From Candidatus Saccharimonadota bacterium (GTDB lineage Bacteria; Patescibacteriota; Saccharimonadia; Saccharimonadales; UBA10212), in the NCBI GenBank assembly GCA_016234585.1, contig JACRBB010000031.1:1-46274 (forward strand): DNA of 46,274 bases, given 5' to 3'. Numbering within the stretch: position 1 is the first letter of the stretch; every line of letters begins with the position of its first letter. The notes beneath the pieces were generated by a model. The model searched no databases, was not told where the DNA came from, and was given only the letters and a program-made list of their open reading frames with translations. The translations under genes were made by a program, and so were the position numbers. This document shows, piece after piece, positions 35,592-45,000 of the stretch.

Positions 35592-36914
35592 CTAGGACTG
35601 GGGGGCGGCTTCTAGGGTCGCCTTAACCGTTATGGTCTTACCATCCCGAACTACCGTTAGAGTCACGGTGTCTCCAACCCTGAAGCGGCTCAGAGCGCTG
35701 GTCAGGCTAGTCTTATCGTCTATGGATATATTGTTTAATTTGGTGATGATGTCCTTTTCTTTCAGGCCGGCTTTGCTGGCCGGACTGCCCGAAATTACAG
35801 ATTCCTGACCATCGCTGGGCGGCGCAATGTACGCCCCACGCTTGACGCTCAAGTTGTATTGATAAGCAATATCGTCGGTCAGTGAAATGTAGCGCACGCC
35901 CAGATACGGCTGCAGCAGCTGGCCTTTATCTAGCACACTGGTTATTAGCCCCTTAAGATCGTTGATTGGTATTGAAAAACCGATATTTTGGGCATCGCCG
36001 GCGATAGCCGTATTGATACCGATTACCTCGCCGTTGATATTTACCAGCGGACCGCCAGAATTACCCTGGTTGATGGCAGCGTCGGTTTGGAACAGATCAG
36101 TCAAGTTTTCGCTAGAGCCACTGCTACCAGAGCCGTCCCCGGCGGTTACGTCACGTCCGTAACCAGAAATTATGCCACTGGTAACCGTGTTTTGGAACTG
36201 ACCCAAGGCATTGCCGATAGCAACTACTTTGTCGCCCACCTGTACCTTGGAAGAATCACCTAGCGTAACTGGGGTTATTTTTTTGCCCTTCAGATCGGTT
36301 ATTTGCAGAAATGCCACATCTAGTGAACTGTTATCGCTGGTACGGCCAAGTACTTTTACGCCTTTATAAAGGGTCCCGTCGGCCAAGGTAACATCGACAC
36401 TGCTGCTACCGCTAGGCACGACATGGCGGTTGGTAACAATGATGCCATCGGAGCTGATAATAAAACCGGTGCCGGCGCTTTCTTGGCTTTGGGTCTGGCC
36501 GCCGGAAAAACCAAATATGTCGGGCGCCGCCGTAACCTGACTTTGTACGTCTATGGACACCACGCTTTGGCCAACGTCTTTAGCGATTTGTGATATTAGC
36601 TGGCTTTCATTAGAGATATATTGCTGCTTGGCGGCCTTGGTGGTGGAAGGCGTACTATTATTCTGGATAGCATAAGCCAGCCAACCGCCGCCAAAACCCA
36701 CCAGCAGACAAGCCAGTAGTAGAGTCACAACCCGAAGCGGCAGCTTGCCTCTCAAGCCCTTAGCTTTTTTGACAATCGTGTTCTTATTATTAAAATGCGG
36801 CAAGCCAGAGGAAGTCCTGCCCGTAGAAAAGCTGGACAGTCCAGGCTCTGCCTCGGGTTCGAGAGTCGACTTGCCAGCTCGGTTTTTAGAATCGTTTTCC
36901 ATCTTATACCCCAT
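35592..36914 (-). CDS. htrA: HtrA/DegP-type serine protease with PDZ domain, membrane-anchored
   Basis: TNRHVV (His), GNSGGPL (Ser) and a C-terminal PDZ-like region. N-terminal TM LRVVTLLLACLLVGFGGGWLAYA. Confidence 0.9.
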   Translation of the reverse strand: MGYKMENDSKNRAGKSTLEPEAEPGLSSFSTGRTSSGLPHFNNKNTIVKKAKGLRGKLPLRVVTLLLACLLVGFGGGWLAYAIQNNSTPSTTKAAKQQYISNESQLISQIAKDVGQSVVSIDVQSQVTAAPDIFGFSGGQTQSQESAGTGFIISSDGIIVTNRHVVPSGSSSVDVTLADGTLYKGVKVLGRTSDNSSLDVAFLQITDLKGKKITPVTLGDSSKVQVGDKVVAIGNALGQFQNTVTSGIISGYGRDVTAGDGSGSSGSSENLTDLFQTDAAINQGNSGGPLVNINGEVIGINTAIAGDAQNIGFSIPINDLKGLITSVLDKGQLLQPYLGVRYISLTDDIAYQYNLSVKRGAYIAPPSDGQESVISGSPASKAGLKEKDIITKLNNISIDDKTSLTSALSRFRVGDTVTLTVVRDGKTITVKATLEAAPQS

Positions 36915-36965
36915 TATTACACGGCCTATCTGAACGATAGCTGAAGAGCCCTGGCCCCCGTCGTC

Positions 36966-37730
36966 TTAAACCGTAACGCCCGTCCAGTCCGATAAAACCA
37001 CCACGATTAATAATATAGCGAACATAATCGCCAGCAGCTGCCGCTGTAGTAGCGCCGTCAACCGCTCGTGGGAATCCAAGTAATAAAGCGCCCCCAGACC
37101 GTAACCCACAGTGGTCAAAATAACGATTATCTGGGCAACCGTGCCATAAAACAGCAACCAATGCCCCAGCACAAAAGCCAGGCCGGCGGCAAAATAAGCC
37201 CAAACGTGAGCCAGCAGCGCCGTGTGAGGCTCCTCGAAACTGGTTAAAAAGTGTCTGGCTGCCAGGTCAGCCACCAACCAGGTGCCGGCCACCAAAGCTA
37301 CCAGCGACGTATCACCGAACTTCAGATACAAAACCGCCAGACCGGCCAGCTGGGCCAACATTGCTTGAATTGAAACGCTAAGCACGTCGGAGCGAGGCTT
37401 AAGCCAAATTAACCAAATGCCATAGATAGTTGTCCAGAAAAGCTGCCACCACTGTATGGACGTATTAGCCATAAACAGCACAAGCGCCACTGATACTAAG
37501 ATATCGGCGCTGCTGGCAATTAGATTGGCGGGCCAATAACGGGGACGAACTGCGAACATCCGCCATTTACTAAGCAGCACTAGTACAATGGCCAGACTTA
37601 CAAAATCAATTCGGACCAGTATATAGATAATAAGCGGCAACAAAAACATCGCCACGATATGACGAAAATGCGCGAACCCGCGGGTAGGCTTAACGATTTT
37701 GGTAAATTTAGTTGGAAGTCGACGAGGCAT
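36966..37730 (-). CDS. Hypothetical polytopic membrane protein
   Basis: 254 aa with about 7 hydrophobic segments. Start overlaps the LCP gene stop by 23 nt, which implies an operon. Confidence 0.6.
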   Translation of the reverse strand: MPRRLPTKFTKIVKPTRGFAHFRHIVAMFLLPLIIYILVRIDFVSLAIVLVLLSKWRMFAVRPRYWPANLIASSADILVSVALVLFMANTSIQWWQLFWTTIYGIWLIWLKPRSDVLSVSIQAMLAQLAGLAVLYLKFGDTSLVALVAGTWLVADLAARHFLTSFEEPHTALLAHVWAYFAAGLAFVLGHWLLFYGTVAQIIVILTTVGYGLGALYYLDSHERLTALLQRQLLAIMFAILLIVVVLSDWTGVTV

Positions 37731-39366
37731 CTTTACCTAAGATTATAACAAACTGAGTCCCTACCGGCGGTGTCAGACCGGTACCGGCCGGCATACTGGT
37801 GACGGCTGAGGTATTGTAACGCCTCTCTAAGTAATTACGGGTGTACTTGTTGGCGCCTTTGCTTAGATCCACTACCACGGTCTTGGCGGGGTTGGTAGCG
37901 GTTGGCAAACTGGCTGTTGTAGTCACGTTATAACCAACCGATTTAAGCGTGTTGGTCTGAGTGGTTGCCAGACCGGCGGTGCTGGTGGCGTTATAAACGG
38001 CTACAGAGGCATTCTCTTTGGCTAAGAAGCTGTCGCGCAAAGCCTTGTGAACGTAATCCTGGATAGCGTCATAAGTAAAGAGTCCCTCTTTGGGAGCAAG
38101 CGTGGAAACGCCCGGAATATTACCGTTTACCAGCAGGTTGCTTGGCGGTGTGACTAGATCGAGTGACTTAATATTAGACGATTGAACCTCTGATATCTCT
38201 TTATATAGACACTTAATGCTGCCGCTATCAAAATCGGTGTAAACGTTGTTGCCTAACCCGTCCAGAAGCTGTGAAATCCTGATCGGATTGGTGAAAGTTC
38301 CGGCCGAAAGCGCTTTATCGCGGATGGCGACTATCAATGACCTCTGCCGTTCGGCTCTATCAAAATCACCCCTGGTGCTGGTGTGGCGTGAGCGCGCGAA
38401 GTAAAGGGCCCGGGTACCATCAAAATGTTGCGGACCCGACTGAACATCCAAAGTGTAGTGTTGGCTGGTGTTCTCTACCCAAAGGACTTCGTGGACGGCT
38501 TCGTCTTTGGGCACATTTATATCTACCCCGCCAAGCGCGTTAACGATGTCTTGGAAGGCCTTAAAGTTAACCAAGGCGTTGTAATGAATGGGGATGCCCA
38601 AAATCGCTTCCAGGGTTTGGTCGGCCGATTTTATGCCGTCGTTACGCTTCTGATTAATGTCGGTCGACTTGGAGCTGGTCTTGCCAAAATAGTAAGCTTC
38701 GTTGATTTTGCGCGAGCCATCACCCGGGATTTTAACCCACAGATCACGGGGCACGCTAAGAAGACCCAACTTCTTATTCACCGGGTCAAGGCTGGCAATC
38801 ATGATGGTATCTGTTAAATCGGGCGCTTCGTGTCCATCGCCGCCAATACCCAGAAGCAGGATATTAACCCGGCTGTCGCCTTCGGTCTTCAATTGGTCAA
38901 CCGGCACGTTGCCATCACAGACGGCCGGAGCCTGGCCACCGCCGGAAAGCACTTGTTTTTGGGTGTGATAAACCTTATAGCCAAGATAAGCCGCACCACA
39001 CAGCAGCGCTACTCCTATCAGCAACGCGCCACGCTTTAAGACTTTTCTAAGCCTAGGATGTTTATGATGTTTAGTCCCCAGATGACGATTTTTACGGGAC
39101 TTATCGCCTTGGTCGTCTAAAACTATCGGTTCGTTAAGAATAGCTTCGTCATCTGGTAGTTCGTTCAGACTCCCAGAGGTAGACTGGCGGATCGGGTGAA
39201 AGCCCTCTTCGCGTCGGACTAGTGAATCCAGGCTGGGAGTAGCCACGCCGCGATCAGGCTGGTAAGAGCGATGCGTGGGGACTCCAAGACGGCGTCCATC
39301 GGACACCATTCCATCTATAGAGGCCGGCCTTTTTGGCCCCTGAAACTTCTTATGTTCGCGCATCAC
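37708..39366 (-). CDS. LytR-CpsA-Psr (LCP) family cell-envelope phosphotransferase with LytR_C-like C-terminal domain
   Basis: TM anchor followed by the LCP core (NILLLGIGGDG…DTIMIASLD…SVPRDLWV…INEAYYFG). Confidence 0.85.
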   Translation of the reverse strand: MMREHKKFQGPKRPASIDGMVSDGRRLGVPTHRSYQPDRGVATPSLDSLVRREEGFHPIRQSTSGSLNELPDDEAILNEPIVLDDQGDKSRKNRHLGTKHHKHPRLRKVLKRGALLIGVALLCGAAYLGYKVYHTQKQVLSGGGQAPAVCDGNVPVDQLKTEGDSRVNILLLGIGGDGHEAPDLTDTIMIASLDPVNKKLGLLSVPRDLWVKIPGDGSRKINEAYYFGKTSSKSTDINQKRNDGIKSADQTLEAILGIPIHYNALVNFKAFQDIVNALGGVDINVPKDEAVHEVLWVENTSQHYTLDVQSGPQHFDGTRALYFARSRHTSTRGDFDRAERQRSLIVAIRDKALSAGTFTNPIRISQLLDGLGNNVYTDFDSGSIKCLYKEISEVQSSNIKSLDLVTPPSNLLVNGNIPGVSTLAPKEGLFTYDAIQDYVHKALRDSFLAKENASVAVYNATSTAGLATTQTNTLKSVGYNVTTTASLPTATNPAKTVVVDLSKGANKYTRNYLERRYNTSAVTSMPAGTGLTPPVGTQFVIILGKDASSTSN

Positions 39367-39454
39367 GTAACGTCCAGTATATCATTACGAACCGCCCTAG
39401 TAATACGTAAAAGCTTGTGCATAATAATCACTTAGAGGATATAATAAGACACTA

Positions 39455-40258
39455 ATGGATCCAAACCAAAGAGATAATCAACTGTCCCCAGCCCCGGGGC
39501 CGGCCCCTCAACAGCAGCCCGTCGGCAGTAATGAGCCACCTGCTAGCAGCCACCCCATGACGGGCCCGGTCAGCAAGATCTACCCCGATTTAGGTTCTCT
39601 TAACGGCTCTGCGGCCGCATCGGCCGCACCATCTGGCAGCGATAACAGCCCCTCGGCCAACCACCGCTCTAAACCACGCCGACGTGAAGGCTGGAAATCA
39701 GTATTCTCCACGGTACTACTATTTATATTGGCGCCGGTTATTGCCCTATCAATCACAGCTTTTGCTTTTCAGTCATATCAAGTCGACGGCCAAAGCATGG
39801 AGACCACTCTACAAAACGGCGACCGCTTGATAGTCAATAAATCTCCTCGTACTTTGTCAAGAATCACTCACCACGCTTACGTACCCAAGCGCGGAAGTAT
39901 TATAATTTTCAACCAAGCCGGTCTGTTTGACTCTGGTGGAAACCAGGAAAAACAACTTATTAAGCGGGTTATTGGCTTACCGGGCGAACGCGTGGTGGTT
40001 AGTGATGGCCAAGTTACCGTATATAACGACGAGCATCCCAACGGCTACAATCCGGATAAAACCGGACAGTACTCAATTACCGCCTCAACTACGCCAGGCA
40101 ATGTGGACGTAATCTTACGGCCCGGCGAAATATTTGTTTGCGGCGACAACCGAACCAATTCTGAGGATTCACGTTTTTTTGGCCCAGTAAGTTTGGACCA
40201 GGTAGTTGGAAAACTTTTATACAGAGTTATGCCAATTAACAAAGCTCATAAGTTTTAA
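39455..40258 (+). CDS. lepB: Signal peptidase I
   Basis: Catalytic Ser box GQSMETTL, Lys box KRVIGLPGERV, and GDNRTNSEDSR. Pro/Ser-rich N-terminus before the TM anchor. Confidence 0.92.
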   Translation: MDPNQRDNQLSPAPGPAPQQQPVGSNEPPASSHPMTGPVSKIYPDLGSLNGSAAASAAPSGSDNSPSANHRSKPRRREGWKSVFSTVLLFILAPVIALSITAFAFQSYQVDGQSMETTLQNGDRLIVNKSPRTLSRITHHAYVPKRGSIIIFNQAGLFDSGGNQEKQLIKRVIGLPGERVVVSDGQVTVYNDEHPNGYNPDKTGQYSITASTTPGNVDVILRPGEIFVCGDNRTNSEDSRFFGPVSLDQVVGKLLYRVMPINKAHKF

Positions 40259-40293
40259 ATATTTATTGAACTAATTTTTCATTCGGTTTAATT

Positions 40294-41154
40294 TCAGTTA
40301 TTTTGTAATTCGCGGGCTAGTCTGTCCAGCTCTGACTCGTCTTTAAAGCCAATAATAAGCTGGCCGCCCTTTGCCGTATATTTAATTTTTACTGTCGTTT
40401 TGAGTTTTTTACTTATACTCTTGGTCATCTCGGTTTCACTGGCTGTCCGGCCGGTGGCCTTGGCCGAGCTGGCGCCTTTCTTAGCAGCGACCACGAATTG
40501 TTCGGCTTGGCGAACGGTCCAATTGTTATCTAAAATACAACGTAATAATTCTTCCTGTTTTGCTTCATTGCCCTTCAGAGCCAGAATCGCCCTGGCGTGA
40601 CCTTCACTAATTTTTCCATCTGATAGAGCCTGTCTGGCATTTTCTGGCAGCTGCAGCAAGCGGGTCAGATTGCTAAGAGTACTGGTGGCCTTGCCAAGTT
40701 TTGAGGCAATCTGTTCCAATGTTAAGTTAAATTGATGCTGTAATCTATACACCGATAATGCTTGCTCCAATGGCGACAAGTCCACACGCTGAATATTTTC
40801 AATAAGCGATAGTTCAACTTCTTCAAGCTCTTTAAGGCTCCTGACTATAGCCGGTATAGCTTGTAGCTCCGCGGCTTGAGCGGCTCGCCAACGTCGTTCG
40901 CCAGCTACAATTCTATAGCTAGAGCCGTCCCGAACAACAATTATTGGTTGCAACACGCCGTGCTGTTTTACCGATAACGCTAACTCGTTAAGCGCCAGGC
41001 TGTCAAACTCACGGCGCGGTTGCTCCGGATTGGGTCTTATATCCTGGATAAGTATTTTTTGCACCCGATTTTTATCTTCTTCTAAAATGCTCGGATCCAA
41101 ATCCGTGGGCATCAAAATGTCAAAACCTCTTCCTAGACCTGTGTTCTTAGCCAT
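40294..41154 (-). CDS. parB: Chromosome partitioning protein ParB
   Basis: GERRWRAA box and an HTH region. The start was moved from the tracked 41241 to the internal ATG at 41154 (MAKNTGLGRGFDILMP, the typical ParB N-terminus). This gives an 8-nt overlap with the parA stop instead of 95 nt. Confidence 0.88.
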   Translation of the reverse strand: MAKNTGLGRGFDILMPTDLDPSILEEDKNRVQKILIQDIRPNPEQPRREFDSLALNELALSVKQHGVLQPIIVVRDGSSYRIVAGERRWRAAQAAELQAIPAIVRSLKELEEVELSLIENIQRVDLSPLEQALSVYRLQHQFNLTLEQIASKLGKATSTLSNLTRLLQLPENARQALSDGKISEGHARAILALKGNEAKQEELLRCILDNNWTVRQAEQFVVAAKKGASSAKATGRTASETEMTKSISKKLKTTVKIKYTAKGGQLIIGFKDESELDRLARELQNN

Positions 41155-41911
41155 ATAGTCTTTTCTCCAATTCTCTAGATAATGCTTTGTAGGCTCTGGC
41201 GCCCTTACTCCATTTATCATGCTCCGAGATAGTCTTGCCAAAACTTGGTGCTTCGGCTAACCGGACATTGCGCGGAATAACTGTTTTAAACACTTTGGAA
41301 CCAAAATGTTTATCCAATTCTTGTTTTACTTGTTCAGATAACGAGGTCCGGCTGTCGTACATGGTCATAACCACACCCAGTACATTAAGGCTGGGGTTCA
41401 GGGCTTGGCGGACTTGTTGGGTCACGCTGAGCAACTGGCTCAGGCCCTCCAAAGCGTAATATTCGGTTTGGACCGGTATCAGCACGTCGCTGGCAGCTGT
41501 CAAAGCGTTGATGCTCAGCAGCCCGAGTGATGGCGGGCAATCTATTAGGATAATGTCATAGTCCAGAGCATTAAGAATATTCTTGAGCTGTTGTTCACGG
41601 TTCATAACGCTTACCAACTCAACCTCAGCAGCTGCCAGCTGGGCGTTGGCCGGCAACAAAAATAGCCCGTGTGTAGTCACTTCGCGGATGACGTCTGTAG
41701 CTTGCGCGCGGGAAAACAGCACGTCGTACAATGTTGAGTCTAATGTCTGCTTATCCACCCCCAAGCCACTGGTAGTATTGCCCTGAGGGTCCAAATCTAC
41801 CACCAAAACACGCTTGTTGGCATGAGCTAAAAATGCCGCCAGGTTAATAGTAGTGGTAGTCTTGCCAACCCCGCCCTTTTGATTCAGTACCGCAATTATA
41901 TGTTTGGCCAT
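41147..41911 (-). CDS. parA: Chromosome partitioning ATPase ParA/Soj
   Basis: Deviant Walker A NQKGGVGKTTTT. 254 aa. Confidence 0.93.
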   Translation of the reverse strand: MAKHIIAVLNQKGGVGKTTTTINLAAFLAHANKRVLVVDLDPQGNTTSGLGVDKQTLDSTLYDVLFSRAQATDVIREVTTHGLFLLPANAQLAAAEVELVSVMNREQQLKNILNALDYDIILIDCPPSLGLLSINALTAASDVLIPVQTEYYALEGLSQLLSVTQQVRQALNPSLNVLGVVMTMYDSRTSLSEQVKQELDKHFGSKVFKTVIPRNVRLAEAPSFGKTISEHDKWSKGARAYKALSRELEKRLYG

Positions 41912-42005
41912 ATTTGTTTAACGATTCCCTCTTCTTCTACCCTTAATCCTACCATGTTCAAAGCAGATAGAAAAAGCCAAATCGGTAGTTTATCAGGTCA
42001 GACCG

Positions 42006-45000
42006 CTACTGTTGGACCAGGTAGTCGAACTGTAGATTGGCTGGGGCTGGCCCGGAAAGGTTGATCTTGAACTGCTGCGGAGTTTTGACGACCCAATATC
42101 TGAGGTTGCCGACATCTGAAGTAGCCGTTACCACCACAAATGGAGCGCTTGCGTAAGGCTTGGCAAAGCTGTAGGTGATACCGTTTTGGCCTGTCAAAAT
42201 AGTAACCGTACCAGCGGTGTCGGAGTTACCAATTACGTGTCCTTTTAGTGTAATATTGCCATTAAAGGTGGAGTCACCGTTTACTGTCAGGTTCGTAGCC
42301 GCCAGTTTGCCGACGTTAATATCCATGGCTATACCGCTGTCACCTTGCAAGTCACAGATGTTAAAGTACTGCTGGGTTTGCACAAATATAGTTATGCTAT
42401 CGATGTTATCGCCGGTGTGATTTTCAAGCGCGCGGCCGACAATCATTCCGCCAGACTGGGCCTTTACGCCTACTCCGTCGGTGTCAGATATGGTAATTGG
42501 GTCACCTATGTTTATATCGCCCTTCACTTTAAGCGGCACTTTACCAGCTAGTGCAATTAACTTCTTATCGTCAGATGGATGTTCGTAATCTCTTAATGCC
42601 AGACCGGGTTTGGTAGAAACCACACCTAGCAGGTTAGGTCTGTCGCCAGGAGCGGCCCGCTTAAGTTTGCCGGTAGCGGTGTTAAGGGCTACGATTTCGC
42701 CAGGCTGTAAGCTATTATCTTCTACAGAGTATTCCTCGGCAAGGTCAAAGTTGCTGATAGAGAAGGTCTTGCCATAGTAATTGGCAGCATAAATATCATT
42801 AAAGTAGTTGGTTACGCTACCAATGTTCGAACCGCCTGTTATAGAACCGCCTGTGGTTTGGCTACAAGCCGGGTTAGCACACTTAACTACCCTAAGATTT
42901 AAGTCGGAACCAAAGCTATCATATTCAGAAATAAGCGGCAGCCCATCAGCCGCTACAACAAGCGAGCTATAGTTTCCGTATACAGGCGAACCAGCATCTA
43001 CATCCACAGTGGTTAATGTATTGCCAGTGGAACAAGAGGCATTACCACACTTGGCGACCCTCAAACTGCTATTCGTTGAATCTTTGTAGGAAATCACCGG
43101 GTAGCCATCCTGGCCCAGGGCAAGTGAGGTATAAGCTCCAACATTGGCAACCGAGCTATCAACAATTGTGAGAGTTGGAGTGCCCGTGCAGCCAGTATTC
43201 AAACACTTGGCCACTTTCATTCCGACCGTTCCCGTTCCCTGTTGGTAAGCAATAACCGGGTAACCGTCGGTGCCGATGGCCATTGTGGAATATGCACCGT
43301 CATCCTGAGCCGTATCAAGGCTAACAGGTGTAGCAAAGGATGAACACGAGAGATTATTACACTTAACAAACTTAAGATCTAGGCCCGTAGCATAGTAGTA
43401 AGATATTACGGGGTAGCCGTCGGTGCCGATAGCAATCGACGTGTCTTGGCCGGTTGTGTTAGTAGTATCCAGTGCTGTAGCTGTGTCGCTGGTTGAACAA
43501 GTAGCATTAGTACAGTGTTTTACATATAGGTCACCACCCGTGGCGTAGTAGTAAGATATTACCGCAAAGCCATCTATGCCGATGGCAATGGATGTATATT
43601 GGCCGGTGTTGTTAGCACCCTGGCTATCCAACGTAGTTGTGGTGTTACCAGATGTGCAATCCGCATTACCACATTTTATAACCTTAAGCGCGGTGTTAGT
43701 TATATCGTAGTAAGAGATTATTGGGAAACCATCTGGCGCAATAGCCATAGAGCTGTACTGCCCAACGTCACCGCCTGTATCCGGTGAGGTTGTGGTTGCA
43801 GAGGTACAGGCAGCGTTACTACAGTGAGCAACCTTTAGGTCGTGATTGGTGTTGTCGTAATAAGATATTACGCCCAAGCCATCACCGCCGATTTTTATTT
43901 CAGTATCTATACCAACGTCACCGGTCGTGTCTACGTTTGTAGCTGTTTGGCTGGTAGCCCCACCCGTGGGAGCCGCGAAGGCTAAGATGTTGCCACCAAC
44001 AAATAGGTTGTTGCTGTTAGTAGTACCTATATATACACTGCCGCTAGCTGCCGCTTGGATAGATACAGCCCCCGCCCCATTACCCCCCTGAATAGTAGTA
44101 GTATGGGCGGCCGCACCGATACTACCTATGGTTATGCCGACAGTCCCGGTGGTAGTGCCGCCATCGCCTATGTGAATAGTCTTAGTGGTGCTGGCACCTG
44201 GCACACCCGTGCCCAGGTTTAATACCAAGCCACCGGAGGTAGTGGTGGTGCCACCACCTAGAGTGATGGTTTGGGTGGCGGCAGTTAAGTTACCAGAACC
44301 GATACTTATAGTGTTATTAGCGGTAGTGGCTTGACCAATCGTGATAGTACCACTGGCCGCGCCGGTACCACCTAGGGTGATAGTGCCAGAGTTAGTGCCA
44401 CTAGTGTTATTAATACTGACATTGTCTGAATTGGTAGTGGAGCCAGCAGCGCCTATATTTATAGTGTTTGCTGTTGAGCCTGTTTGACTACCAATTGTAA
44501 TCGTGCCGGCATTCCCAGCTTGTATGGCTATAGCACTAGCTCCTGTACCACCTTGGATAGTTGTAGCTGATGTACCAAGCAAGTTGCCTACGGTCAAGGC
44601 GGTTGTAGAGGAAGCGGTAGCATTGTTACCTATACTAATTGTTTGGGCAACCGCTCCAGTGGTATTACCAATTTGGACTGTCGAGGCTATGCCAGTATTA
44701 CCAACTGAGACTGTTGCCCCTGAGGTATCTACAGATAGGTAGGTATTTCCGGCAACATTCATAACCTGGAAACTACTACTGGAATCGGCAGCGTTTTGGA
44801 ATAAGGCCGCCCCGCTAAACGTCGCAGAGCCACCGGCGTGAAGGGTGTCTTGGACTGTTAACGATCCAGAGTTATCAATGGCTTGGGTATCAACCGACAA
44901 CTCATCAAAGTAGGTTACGTCCGTTTCCGAACCGTTATGTGAGCCAATGGAAAAGCGGTTGGGGTTAGTAGTAGTGGCCAGGGTATCCACTGAACCACTG

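Noticed and set aside
40294-41241. The tracked parB ORF has a 29-aa N-terminal extension (MARLSRSMINGVRAPEPTKHYLENWRKDY) that overlaps parA by 95 nt.
   Set aside because: The extension lies inside the parA coding sequence. The internal ATG at 41154 yields the canonical ParB N-terminus MAKNTGLGRGFD and a typical 8-nt overlap.
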